DNA of 63,266 nt, counting the filler, from Craspedostauros australis (taxonomy: Eukaryota), in NCBI GenBank assembly GCA_030167865.1. It is 9 parts of 9 records of this genome, joined end to end, with 100 filler letters (N's around TTAATTAATTAA, not from the genome) between each part and the next. Parts side by side here need not be neighbours in the genome. Positions count along the whole stretch, not along the records: positions 42,709 to 45,962 come from JALAGF010003966.1; positions 46,063 to 50,315 come from JALAGF010003968.1; positions 50,416 to 55,087 come from JALAGF010003970.1; positions 55,188 to 58,760 come from JALAGF010003972.1; 5 more parts are not named here. The stretch is one strand, 5' to 3'. Positions within the stretch are counted from its first letter, which is position 1. Every line of letters begins with the position of its first letter. Both the position numbers and the translations under genes were made by a program. Of the stretch, positions 45,089 through 58,100 are shown in pieces. Below the pieces are notes generated by a model. That model made no database searches, was not told the origin of the DNA, and was given only the letters and a program-made list of their open reading frames with translations.

Positions 45089-45962
45089 ATGGCGCGCACC
45101 GACGCACCGAACGGCAATGGCAAAGCCACTGCAAAGCCCCCCCTCCGCGGGCAGCCAAGGACACCGGGACGATCAGGAAGAGGAGGCCGACACAATGGTG
45201 GTGACGGCAATGCCGGGCGTGGCGGAGGTGGTCGGAAACAGGCAAGAGAAGGAGCAAGGAAGAAACAGACGAAAAACGACACCAAGCAGGGAGGCACCCG
45301 ATGGATCTGGAGTCACGACCATGAGAAATCCTGGGGTGACATTCTCCTTGAACGGAATCTTCTGACCCAAAGCGCGGAACCTTTCACAGCCGCCACAGGG
45401 GCGGAGGGAGCGCTCGACGAAACAGTCGCACACCTGAAAATGATGGCAGCCAACAGCACCGAAGGCGCAACACTGGAGGAATGGTTGGACGCGTTCCAAA
45501 ACGCATACGACAACAAGCTCCAGCCCGACAGGAACATCAACATGGTGGAACTCATGGTTCGGTTGCTGGCAACAGCGAACATCTTTCCAAGTATGTGGAA
45601 CGCGGGTACCATCAAGGCCACACACGAGACCTCGGCATGGGTTGCAGCGAGAATCGTTTTCATGCAAGCCAAAGGCATCGAGTTCGAAGACGAAGAAGAG
45701 TCCACAACATCGCCAAACCCGAAGAAGAAGAAAAAGCAGCGCAAGCCAAAGCGGAAAGTGGTGGCATACCCGAGACGGGCAGCGAGACCAGCTGAGCTGA
45801 TCAGTGTTAACGACGTGCTGAGTGAATTCTCCAAGACATTCTTCGACGTCCGCCTCCCCATGGCACGCGAGTCCAACGACTGTCGAGATGTACATGTGAG
45901 TATATGTCGAGATGTACGTGTATATGTGCATCGTTCACCCGTTATTCTCTCATACGCACTTG
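45089..45962 (+). CDS. Hypothetical basic protein with RGG-rich N-terminus and NLS-like tract; possibly a retroelement ORF1; 3' end unresolved
   Basis: ATG 45089, A-rich coding strand, GRGG repeats and PKKKKKQRKPKRK. Composition changes abruptly at about 45881. Confidence 0.6.
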
Positions 45963-46062
45963 NNNNNNNNNNNNNNNNNNNNNNNNNNNNNNNNNNNNNN
46001 NNNNNNTTAATTAATTAANNNNNNNNNNNNNNNNNNNNNNNNNNNNNNNNNNNNNNNNNNNN
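45963..46062. other. Artificial contig linker
   Basis: Same pattern. Confidence 0.98.
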
Positions 46063-47598
46063 TGGTTCCTGCGCTGACTCTTGCAACAACGAGCCGATCG
46101 ATGACAGCTCATCACCAACCAACCGCCTCCAATCACCAGGACCTGACAGATCCATCATGTCGATTGGACCAAACTCCACACGCTCCAGCTCCAACACACT
46201 GAATCCAAGTGCGCCCATCATCTTGCGGATCTGACGATTGCGACCTTCCTTCAACGTGATGTAACACACATCGTATCTCTTCCTCCTCCTGCTGGATACG
46301 GGCGGTATTGACGATGACGACGGCGATGGTGATGCATCATCGTGTGACTCACTGCCTGGCACACCGCCTGATACACCGTATGTAGCACCATACCTTTCCA
46401 CATACACATGTTCATACTCAACGTCGCACGGTTTCGTCCGAGCCCGCAACGCCTTTCCGCGCTTCCTGTCTTGAGCTGACATGGTCGTGATCATCACGCC
46501 TCTGCGGAGCTTGTCCAGATCGCGCTCTTCAAGCTGATGATCGACTCGGACACGATACACCTTGGTATGTGCATGTTCCGATCGCAGGATGGAGTTTGGC
46601 AGGCGACCGTCGGATGTGAGGAGGATGAGACCGGATGATTCCTTGTCGAGACGACCGACTGTGTAGACTCTGTGTTTCGGATTGTATCCGTGGTTGATCG
46701 TGATTTCGTCGATGATGTTGTTTGGGATGTCTGGATCTGTGGTGCAGACGATGCCTCTTGGCTTCCAGTACTTGACGTATTCGAACTGTTGCATGGTGGG
46801 TGATGGGGGTGTTATTGTTGATGAAGAAGAAGAAGAAGATGATGATGATGATGTCGATGCTGACGATGTCGATGCTGGTGGTGGCTGGTGTTGTCTTGTT
46901 TGTTGCTGTTTGGATCTCCTGGGTGGAGGTTTGTTCATTGTTGGTGGTTCGATCATCTTTCTCGTTTGCATGTCAGGTTCCCTTTCCCTTCTTGTTGTTG
47001 TTGCTGTTGTTGCTGTTGTTGCTGTTGTTGCTGTTGTTGCTGTTGTTGCTGTTGTTGTTGGTTGTTGTTGTTGCGCTGATTGTGCCTGCTGTGTTGATTG
47101 TGTTGATTGTGTTGGCTGTATGGCATTCATGGACTCCCATCCTGTGACGACATGACCATCCAACTTGACGATGTCTTCGTATGGTGTGACCATGCAGCCA
47201 TCTGTTGGCTGGTCGTTGACTGTCACTCTACCATCCTTGACGAGCTGATCGGCAGCTCTTCTGGAGTGCGTGGCCTTGAAGATCTTGTTGAGTCGAATGG
47301 GTGGATACTCGTACGAGGGCTGTGTATCAATCTCACTGTTGCTGTCGCTGTCGCTGTCACTGTCGCTGTCATTGTTGCTGTGTTTGAGGGTGAGGATGTG
47401 GTAGTATCTTGATTGATGTTGATGTTGATGTTGATGTAGTTTGTGGTTGTGGTTGTGCCGAGTTGAGGCATTGACGATGAATGCATGAACATGGATCCGT
47501 GGTGTTGGTATGATTGACGATGATGATAGAATCGATAGTGCAATCACGGCCAGTATCAGTCCAGACGGTGATGTGAGGGACGGCCTGGGGCATATCAT
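46063..47598 (-). CDS. RsuA/RluB/E/F-family pseudouridine synthase with S4 domain, likely plastid-targeted; 3' truncated
   Basis: IRLNK...SRRAADQLVKDGRVTVN (S4), YWKPRGIVCT, VGRLDKESSGLILLTSDG and EGRNRQIRKM. Hydrophobic leader ending HAF. Confidence 0.92.
46992..47060. repeat. 9-bp coding repeat (GTTGCTGTT)n, encoding (TTA)n on the minus strand
   Basis: Directly visible. Confidence 0.88.
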
Positions 47599-48212
47599 GA
47601 TGGATGGCACTGTGTTGGGCTGAGCAGGATGTTGGGGACTATTGTGGGGACTGTATCGGTGGTTGAGACAGTTGAGACAGTTGAGACAGTTGTGAGGTGG
47701 CTTCTCCGATTGCGTATCGCAGACGTCGCAGATATCGCCGACTACTCTCATCTGATCCACTTCCATCATCTTCCTTGTGCATTTCAATGTGCTTGTCTGA
47801 TCCAATCCTCATTCATCCATTCACTCATTTGTTGTTGTGTGCGATGGATGTCTCTCCTCTCTTGATGTGGTGTTTGTTCTGTGGTTCTGTTTTGGATCTT
47901 CGCATCATGTTTTGTTTGGTTGGTGTGGAGTTGAAATCATTAAATGGTTGTTGCACTTCAGCTCACACTCAAGTCATTCTTGGAAAGACCCAATCAGACT
48001 TGTAATCAAACAAGTCGAACTCGCGATTGGACCGAGTACAATTCTTGGATGATTGCCTCGCGCAGCGACAAAAACAACACCAAGATCGGGCAGCAACCAG
48101 CAGCGTCAAGACGCAACAACACAACAACAGAGGACCATGGGCGATCGACCATGGACGAACGTGTTGTTGATGCGCCAAAGCCGTTCCTCCTCACAACCCA
48201 ATCAATTCCACC

Positions 48213-49404
48213 ATGGCCCTCCTTCTGTCAGCAGCCGCCAGCCGGGCGACGGCATCGAAAGTACGCGCTATGCGCCCACTTGCTTTCCGATCGCTGGCCA
48301 CAACCCCTCGTTCGGCCGCCACTCCAGATGCGGACAAGGACGATGACAACATTCTTCCGGTGAGTTCTTGGGATGACGGCATCATCATGCATTGCTGCAA
48401 CCATTGGGGCCGGACTTTCGCAACTGGGTAGTGCCGCTGCCACCCTGTGTCTGCGCATGCAGTACTGTTGGATGTACGCATGGTTGGGGAATGAACTTTG
48501 TGCGGTGCTGCACTTGGAGATGAACATCACAATCTAGGGGAGCCACACTTTTCTCACTCGAATTGCCCTTGTCAACGCTAACTTGCCGCGATGACAATTG
48601 ATGCTCTTGCGCATTCCCACGTTGCGAACGGTGAACATCAAACAACAACACAACGCAATACAATGCAACACACATATCTTGGCCATGCACTTGCTTCTAC
48701 ACATCGAACACATCTGCTATTCTATTTCATCGATATGCCAATTCATGTAATACAAATGCATCACCATCCCTCTGGAAATTCGCCTGGCCGAAACATATCA
48801 AACGACATCAAATCGAATCATTCCTGGGAATGATGGCAACAACTGGAATCACTGAGCACACTGCTCGTATCCGTGTGGATTGCATCGTATTGTACTAATA
48901 TGACAGACATCGTACGAGACCATCTTCGACCGTGCCTCCCAGGTCTTCTTCCTGACCGAAATCGTCAGAGGTATTTCCTTGGCCTTGGAGGCCAGCACCA
49001 AGCCGAAGGTGACTATCAATTACCCGTACGAGCACGGTTACCTGTCTCCTCGGTTCCGCGGAGAGCACGCGCTGCGCCGTTACCCAACAGGCGACGAACG
49101 CTGCATCTCCTGCAAGCTGTGCGAAGCCATCTGCCCAGCGCAGGCCATCACCATCGAGGCTGAGACCCGCGAGGATGGCGCCCGCCGTACCACCCGTTAC
49201 GACATTGACATGACCAAGTGCATCTACTGCGGATTCTGCGCCGAGGCCTGCCCAGTCGATGCCATCGTCGAGGGACCCAACTTCGAATTCGCCACCGAAA
49301 CGCACGAGGAACTGCTGTACGATAAGGAAAAGCTACTCTCGAACGGTGACAAGTGGGAGAAGCAGATCGCCAAGAACCTCATGAGCGAATTCCTTTACCG
49401 CTGA
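48213..49404 (+). CDS. NDUFS8: Complex I iron-sulfur subunit TYKY (NuoI homolog); exons 48213-48359 and 48907-49404, 214 aa
   Basis: Arg/Ala/Ser mitochondrial presequence; [29 protein letters not shown] and [12 protein letters not shown]. Phase-0 intron GTGAGT...TACTAAT..ACAG (48360-48906). Confidence 0.96.
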
Positions 49405-50315
49405 TGCGTGTCAGCCAACGCACCCACATGAATCTGGTGCCTGATTCATGTTCTATTCGTCGTCGATGGAGGAACAAACACAACGAAGAGTCGACCGATC
49501 GAGTGATGACATGATCACAACCATCAACGCACCAAACATCAAACAAATGAAGTTTTAGGCCCACAACTCAGCATCTCTGTCTCCCTAAAGCAGAGAGAGA
49601 GAGATGTCGCCTCTTCGCTTGCCTATGACCTCTGTACAATGTATGTCTGGTCGTAGCGAGGATAGAGGGCAGCTTCTGTGCAGATTTCCCCAACGCTCTC
49701 GAGATCAGAGAACAGGAACTGCATTTGGGCCTTCACGTGTACCTTCCTCGTTCTCTTTGTCTTGGTCGAAGTGATCGTTGACTGTAAGTGTCACAGAACT
49801 CCCAACACAACATCATGAACAGAACAGTTGATACTCGAGATCATTCACATTTATTCACGCTTGAATATTATCATATGATATCATGCAGCTCGTGATTTAC
49901 TCTTGTGACCATAGAGGATTCTCGCATTCGGATTATTTTACCCCAAGTACGTGTCACATTGACATTTTGGGCCAATTTGGGCCAGAACTGCACAGGACTC
50001 ATCCGTGACAAATTCCTGCTTAGATTGGTTCGACTCCTGTAGCGTTCGCAATAAAATCGAGGAATGCGAACAAGCAAACTTGATGGAGGGGTTCGATTCG
50101 CTTTTCCATCGTGACGGCTGGCGACCCCAGCCAATCAAAGGGATTGAATTATCTCGCCATAGCGAGCAAGCCGTCCCGTTGAAGGGCAAATTGAGGGGAG
50201 GTTGAGTGAATTATCCCGAGCTTTGTTACCCTGGCGTTCTCATTTGGAACCGTGTGACGCAATCGATCTGTTCCCTTCTTGGAACGATTCTCGTTGCTGG
50301 TGCTGAGACAGGCAA

Positions 50316-50415
50316 NNNNNNNNNNNNNNNNNNNNNNNNNNNNNNNNNNNNNNNNNNNNTTAATTAATTAANNNNNNNNNNNNNNNNNNNNNNNNNNNNN
50401 NNNNNNNNNNNNNNN
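50316..50415. other. Artificial contig linker
   Basis: Same pattern. Confidence 0.98.
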
Positions 50416-52640
50416 CTCCCATCCAAGCAACAATGCGTGCAGCATGTACACGTCGAATTGCTGGACTGGCAGTCGGATTGGAACATGTCCCAAACAATGC
50501 CAATTTCGCACATGGCTTCCGCGTTCGTCAGTCCGGTGCCTTCGATCATCAAGGTTTGCAGCGTGCGGATCGTGTTCATTTGCGTTGGAATGCGACCATT
50601 CAACCCTGCGTTCCGGGACAAGCGCAGTTCGCGAAGGACCTGGAGATTACCGAATTCCGTAGGTATCATTCCACCCAGCTGATTGGATCCAACTCGGAAG
50701 ACTTCGAGGTTGGTAAGTTCGCCCAGACGCGATGGTATCCTTCCTCCGAGCCTGTTGGATTCAAAGTCCAACGTACGAAGGGATTCCAGCATGTCGAGCC
50801 CTGATGGTATCGCTCCAGACAGGTTGTTCGCCACAAGCGAAATGGAGCGCACACGCCCCATATCGTCGCAGGACAGCACTGGGACCTGCGAGATGGGATT
50901 GTCGAGTCGGCCCCATTCGCAAACAGAGGTCGTCACATCCAGGAAATTGTATTGGTCGAACCATCTATCAACGTGCAATGTGAAAGCGAAAAGAACAAGG
51001 ACATACCGTTCCTTGATCAGCTCTTCTTCGGTTTGCAACGTGATCCATTCATCCCAAGCAACCAACCAATCCAAAGCGTCGATTTCGTAAGGGCCGGTGA
51101 AGGAAGAGTTGGGAGTGGCATTCTTTACAACGCGCTCGATCTTCTGCGCGATCAAGATGTCATCGGTTACCGTTGGCCTCGACGATTCTGTCGCGGTTGG
51201 TTGCATTGTCGGGGACTGGCTGAATATATTGGAAGGAGATGGCGAAGGCAAGTCCGAGGGCGCGGAAGACGGATTGTCGGACGGAGCAGCGGATGAAGCT
51301 GATGGTTGCGCCGTGGTCGGCGCCGGTGTTGGCATTGCAGTGATCGCACCAACTGCAGCAGATGACGCTGATCCTCCGCTCGATGCGGAGCCAACGACGC
51401 CACCGATGATAGCGCCAACAACGATGACCACGCAGATCGATGCGACGATGAGGTAGGTAGTGGTTCGTGACTTCTTGCTGTCTTGTGCAACATCTGCCAC
51501 CACAGCATCTTCGAGAAGGGTCCGTTTTGTCCGCTCTGCACCTATTCGCCTGGCCTCTTCGATCGCCGCGGTGTTCAGATCACCATCTTCATCGGAGGAC
51601 ATGTCGATCAAGGTTGCGGCAATTGTGTCCGAATGTACGGATTCTATGTCGACGGGCGTGGCCTGAGACGCTTCGGCATCTGCAGATTCAGCTTCCAATT
51701 CCAACAAGGCATCTGGGCGTTCCGTGTATGTCCCGCCTGCCCCTTGGATAACCCGAATGGCTCCAGGGCGCTCGTCGAGCTGTTTCACACCTCGTCGGTC
51801 TCGTGACGATCTCACTAATGATGTGGGTGGTGGAACCGTCGAAGCGGAGGTACTGTTCAACGGTGCGCCGTCGCTTGTGGCCGGGGCGAGGTTCGATGCA
51901 GTGAGCGTGCTGTCTCGGTTGGCATAAACATCGTCTTCATCCGTTTGCGTGAATGCCGCGATGTCACGCCTTCCTTCATCCACACCAGTGTGAATTTGAT
52001 CCTGTTCCTGCTGCTGTTGCGCGGTACTCGTCTGCGTATTTTGGTCTTTGAACGCATCTGCCTCATTCTGCTTGATAACATTCATGACCATGTCCACCAA
52101 AGCAGCATCTCTCTCTGGTTGGGCTGTGCCAACTGCGTCCCTCAGAGCCACATCTGCGGTTGCGCGCGGAGAGATCATTTCTGAAGCGTTTGAAGTGGAC
52201 GCAACCTGCCTGCGACGGAGTGGTTGAGTAAGGGGGATCGCCTTTGATTTCGCTTTCACTTTTTTGTCATCGGTGACAGAATCGCTATTCATCAGGCCCT
52301 CATTTTCATTTCCACTTTTACGGTACAGGTATGTTTGTGACTTGGTGTGAACGACTCTGTCGCTAATCTCGGTGTCGAGGTCGCCGAGACGGTTCGAAAC
52401 ATCCAAGTAGTCGATCACCTGGTGTCGCTGTTTGAGCATTCCGTCTTGGATGACATCTGGAACATCGTCCGTGTCATTGTCATTGCCCTGGTCGTTGAGT
52501 TGGGCAGCAGTCGTATCCCTTTGGCCTGGCTGTTGCTGTGTCCCGCTGGTTGAGCGAAGGTCATGCTGGTGAGCATCGTGATCGCCATCCTTGGCCTTTT
52601 CGTCGTCGTCGCGATCGTGGTGGTCGTTCTGTTGCGACAT
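50416..52640 (-). CDS. Single-pass membrane LRR protein of diatom type: disordered N-terminus, TM helix, PS/PT stalk, LRRs, Cys-rich end
   Basis: RPGAIRV motif, TM LIVASICVVIVVGAIIGGVVG, ALDWL...ERYVL...CEW cap, NxLxGxIPxxLGxLxxL repeats and CTCCTHCC. The last residues are lost at the linker. Confidence 0.9.
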
Positions 52641-54460
52641 GGTGTTGGGAGGAGGAGGCGGCACGGCTCTGTGCTGACGAGAGGGAGCGTTGGCTTGATT
52701 CTATACCCGTACACATGAACGTTGACGATGCTGGAACCTCTGGTTGATGCTGTTGCGTGGTTATTGTCGAACTGCACAAGTAACTATTACAGAATACAAT
52801 AGAGAGGACGATGGGAAAGAGCAGACGAGAGGGGTGGATGTCACAACCAAGAAGGACAAGAGCAGATGGAGGAAGGCAGGAGGACGTGTCTTGCGACCGG
52901 TGCCTGTGACGCTTGGTGTGGCGCTTTTCGCACGACGAAACCACACTCAAAGACTTCCACCAAAAGATCCCTCGGAGTGAAACGGGTCACGAAGGTCCAT
53001 TCACGGAAGGCGCCTGGAAGAGGCCGAGTCCTGTTTTCTCGTGAACAATTGTTCGCCTCAATCGAACACATTGCGTTTTGACATCTGTCCAAAATGTCCT
53101 GAAGTTTCTATTTGAATTCAACCTGTTGAAGGCGACAAATTAACGTCGGCGACATGCATCAGACAAACCAGGAGGACATCCGATCCATCCACAAAATAGC
53201 GACAGAGCATCAACACGGTGCTCAACACGCTCGTGGACAACAAAGCAACGAGGTTTTGAAGAAGAAAACCACTGTCCTGGACCACCACCAGCTGGCTCCT
53301 ACCGTGGATCCAAGCTTTTGCACGTTGCAAGTCAGCGAGCATCCTGCTCAAAGGCAACTTTCATTCCGATAGCATGTGTCGGAGTACCATTATATTGAGC
53401 ACTCGAATTGCGACGTCAAAACACGGCGTGCACGTCATGGACGCTCATGTCCAGTTCCACTCCGAATTTGCGCCAAAGACAGTGCGGGCGCGCGACAAGG
53501 TATTTGTGCTTTGGACGAATCGACAACAAAGCAGTCGGCTAAGTCCAAGATGACATGGACACCGTTTGATGGCCACCGCTTCCTTCCAACCAAAACCCGA
53601 AGATCTTGCGTTCTCCGTCTCCTCCATGTGGCGGTGTGTTGATGGGACACGACCCCTCCACGACATGCACACGCCGTCGTTGTGTTACGCTACGACTACA
53701 AGTATAATATATTATAATATGATCGTGCGAGTTGCTCAACAACATGACAGTCCGACCGGAAGTACTCCGCGAGTGCACACTCCATGTACTTTGAGCAACG
53801 ATGGATGGAGTATCATCGTCGCCAATGTCATCACCAGCAATGCTGTCGCCATCATCGTTCTCCTCGTCAACGCACGATCGCAGACGACACGATGCTGGTG
53901 TTACAAGCTCAACGGCCAATACGTGGAGACTCACCTTGAGAATCACCGATCGTGAAAAGGCCAGTCGGCACCTTTCGTGTGATGTATAAGCATCGTGGAC
54001 ATCGAAAACAACCCACGCTGCGCCACACTACCCATGCTGACACTGCCAAACCAAGGCCAACGACCTGCAAAACGAAACAGCACAAAGCATCATCGCACAA
54101 CTCCGCTCATCTTCGTTGCAAGGCGAGACGAGATGTGACGAGATGAAACACGGCAGGACAACACGATGCATGACGAGAAGGAAGGGAAAGGCGTATTCTG
54201 GCAGCCCCATCCAATAATCTCTTCGAAGCTGTGTTCATGAAATGAATGAATCCTCTGCGTAAATCAAACTTCTATCGCATACATACGCCATTCCTCTCAT
54301 ATCACATCAGCGACAACGCACATCATCTTGTCACGTCCACGCGATGTGTTTCTATTCTTCATTCATCCGCAATGTACTGTCGCGGTTTGCTTCAGCTTTC
54401 GGACATCACTCACACAATACCAACACACCACACGTCGCAGCCAACAATCGTGACGCCGAC

Positions 54461-55044
54461 ATGTCCAACATCACGAAAGACAAACTCCTTCGCGCTGCCA
54501 AGCGCGGTAATCTGAAGGTGTTGAAGAAATGGAAGAACAACAACCCAAGAGACCATCACGGTAGCATCAAGGATGACGATGGCAATACTCTCCTGCATCG
54601 AGCATGCAGTGAAGGCCACTTGGCTTGTGTGAAGCATCTGGTGAAATCAAGCTCGACATATATCAACATCCAATCCAACAATGGGAGCACCCCGCTTGTG
54701 TCAGCATGCTGGAATGGCCACCTGGATTGCGTGAAGTACCTGGTGGAAGCATGCAACGCTGACATAACCATCCCAGGTCACCGTGGTGCAACTGCATTCC
54801 AGTGCACTTTCCATCACGGTCATTTGGATTGTGCGAAGTACCTCGTGGACTCATGTGATGCAGACATCGATGTTCGGGACACTCGCGGCCTCACTCCACT
54901 TCAATGGGCGTGCTCGCGAGGTCATCTGGACTGCATGGAGTATTTGGTGCAATCGCTCAACGTCGATGTCACTATCGTGGATAGTGCTGACTGCACGCTG
55001 CTACATTATGCATGCCAAAGTGGCGCTTCGGAAATGATGGAGCG
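54461..55044 (+). CDS. Ankyrin-repeat protein, paralog of 10465-12540, interrupted at 55045
   Basis: N-cap ITKDKLLRAAKRG...IKDDDGNTLLH parallels ITNQDLLRAADQG...IKDDRDKTPLH. The repeat pattern breaks after EMME. Confidence 0.88.
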
Positions 55045-55087
55045 CAGGGACGAAATACGCTCCGCTCCCGCCGACTTTCGGAGGTGG
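55045..55087 (+). mobile_element. Probable hAT transposon terminus
   Basis: Begins CAGGGACGAAA, one mismatch from the maize Ac TIR CAGGGATGAAA, exactly where ankyrin similarity stops and 43 nt before the contig break. Confidence 0.55.
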
Positions 55088-55187
55088 NNNNNNNNNNNNN
55101 NNNNNNNNNNNNNNNNNNNNNNNNNNNNNNNTTAATTAATTAANNNNNNNNNNNNNNNNNNNNNNNNNNNNNNNNNNNNNNNNNNNN
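55088..55187. other. Artificial contig linker
   Basis: Same pattern. Confidence 0.98.
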
Positions 55188-58100
55188 GACGGCTTTGCCA
55201 GCGTCTGCATCGTCGTTGACTTCGGGCACTGGTGGCAGTGCTGCCTCCATTTCTTCGACACGTTTCTTCTTCCGCCGTGGCGTGCGTGCCATAGCACTGA
55301 GTGCGGCAGCCTTGGTCGTTGGCTTCCTCGACCGGGTGCTTCGGCGCCGTCCACTCACAGTGGACTTCGAACCGACGCTCGAAATGTCGCTCTTGTCATC
55401 CTCGCTGACCACTTCTTGAGGTGTCTCACTTTTCTTGGATCTCGTTCGCCTGCGTGGTTTTCTCCGTGCCGGTGACTCAGCTACCATTGGCGATGGTTCC
55501 TCTGCTGCTGCCTTGTCGTCAGTCTCTCCCTCTTGCCCCTTGGGATCGTCCTGCTGCTGAGCTTCCGTTGGCTGCTCGTCGTTGGACGGCTGCTGATCCT
55601 CGGCTGTTTCCATTGATTCCTTCACGGCTGGAATCGGCACAGGTTCTGCTTCTGCTTCGGCCTCCGTTTCTACTTCTGCTTCAGCCTCAGCCTCAGCCTC
55701 CACTTCAGGAGCACCCTCGTCCGAGACATCGATTTCAATGACTTCACTCGCTTCTGGAATATCTACATCTTGCGCCTCGTCAGATTCCAGCTTCACTGCC
55801 TGATGGAGCGTCTCTTCCGGCTCCAGCTTTGCAGATTCTCGTGGCGGTGTAGCTTCTATCTTCGCCTCCTCTTGCTCAGCGACTTGCTCTTCTGCGACGG
55901 CCTCCTCGACGTCTGCTACATCGGGTGGGGCATCCGATGCTTGTCCAGCAGATTCCAACACAGCTGCATCAGGAGCATCAGCAGTATCGTCTGGTTGCTC
56001 GATCTCTCTTTCGTTTTGCATTGGCGAATCGGCCTCCGCTTCGGCCGTTTCGATTGGTGCGTTCTCGTCTTGTTGCTGTACTTCTGATGCAGTAGGGACG
56101 GTCGACTCGGTGGCATCTTTCCCGACTGCCGGAACTGACAGCTCCGGTTCATCTTCACCTTGGTCAGCGTCGATTACGGGGCTGGCTGATGCCTCGTTGT
56201 TCGCTACCTCCTTGGTCGTCTCCGCTTGTGCGTCTGCATTGGCATCCACTGTTGTGGTCATCTCCGCATCTTGAGCCGCATCCTCATTCTTGCTGCTGTT
56301 GTCGTCATCATCCTTGTGATCGTGGTGTTCGTTGCGAGCTTCACCCTCGGTATTTACCTCAGCCTTAGCCTCGCCATCTTCATTGTCGACAACGGGGGCA
56401 GAAGGAGCAACAGAATCAGCGACTTCATCTTCTTGAGCCTCACTATCGACCAATTCGACCTGTTCTTCTTTTTGCATTACGACGTCGGTGCCTTCAACAG
56501 GTGGATCCGTATCTGCATCTGCATCGACATCTGCATCGATATCTGCATCGGCATCTGCATCGGCATCCGCATCCACAGCATCTTCAACTGTCATGCTTTT
56601 CGTAGCATCATCGTCGTCAACGTCAACTTCCATGCTTTCCGCGGCATCAGCAACTTCCATATCATCGCCATCGCCATTGCCTGCATCAACATCAACGTCC
56701 ACATCTTCAGCGGCGTCTTCAGTTGCAATCTCATTATTGGCATCGGCAATTTCCACATCATCGCCATTGCTTGCATCGTCGTCCACGTCGATGGCGACAG
56801 CAACAGTCGCACCTGTTCCACCCACATCTGCGTCTTGTCCCTCCATGGCTTCATTGCTGTCATGAACTTGCTGAGCCTCAAGTTCAACTGCAGCGTCTGC
56901 CACGACAGTTGCGTCAGCCTTGACATCCGCCTCGACATCTTCCACAACGTCCGCGTTGGCCTCCGCACCGCCGTTTGCTTCACCATCTTCATCGATGTCT
57001 GCCTCGACATCAACGTCTGCGTCGGTGTGTCCCTCCGTGTGGTTATCCTCGACATCCATCGCACTCGATTCGTCGTGAGCCTCCGTGGCCGAATTCATCG
57101 ACTCGAGGTTGTGCAAGGAGGCTTCTTCCTCCTCTCTGCTGCCACGACCGTGACCAATGATCTCGATGGATGGCTCCTGATCGGTTTCTGTCACAGGATC
57201 CTCAGCAGACGTTTCAGAGCCCGCCCCCTTTTCGTCGTAGGCCTCGGACGCACCGTCCACTGGTCCCGCGACCATCGATTCTTGCTCCTTCGAATCGGGG
57301 GGAAGCATATCGCCTGTTCCACCTTCTTGTTTGGATCTCGATCTGACCATCGGCCTGGAGCCTGGCCCGCCACGAGAGTCGCCTTCAACTCTGGCTTCGG
57401 GCAGGATCTGTGTTGTAGGCATGTCAACGACCTCTTCGCGCCCGCTTGATTGCAGGTGCGACGGGAGAGACGCGCTAACATCCACAGCGAGTCCTTCTGC
57501 AGCACCATCCATTGCGCCCAAGGTGTGAGCTGGTTGGTCCGCTTCGAGAACCGCGGCAGCGGCATCGTCTGCAACCACAGATGCTGGTACCGAGGATGCA
57601 CCGGGACTTTCGGCAATGGCGCCACCCCCCTCCACATTCGAAGCCGATACCGCCGCCTGTTGAGCTGGCAGGGAGGTGGGTTGATCGAACGTCGTCTCGG
57701 TGTTGCTGCTCATGGCCCCATGCATGTCGCGTGAGATATCTCGGTCCGCACGAGCTGCCGCGTCCACAATCGGATCATCCTGCTTCGTGTCGGCACCTTC
57801 GTGTGTCTTTGCCTTCTCCATGTCCATTTCCAGGGCTTCACGAGCCCTTCGGTTCTCGCGGACGCGGCTTTCATCCTGCTGTTGCGTACGTCGTGCGAAT
57901 GCCACGAGGGAACCTGCCTCGGCCTGGCTTTCCGGTCCCTCATTCTCAGTTTCCATCGGGGGATCTTGCTCTGGCGCCTCTTCGAGCTCTGACGACTCGT
58001 TGCCCAAGTCTTCTTCTTGCTCCGTGTGCTCGTCAGCCGCGTCCATATCATCTGAGGAATGTGCAAGGTTGTCAGACGCTCGGATTTGAACGATCTTCGC

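Noticed and set aside
53220..53345. Degenerate ankyrin N-cap fragment (EVLKK...DHH, GSKLLHVAS) upstream of the second ankyrin gene
   Set aside because: The similarity is short, spread over two frames and could be chance.
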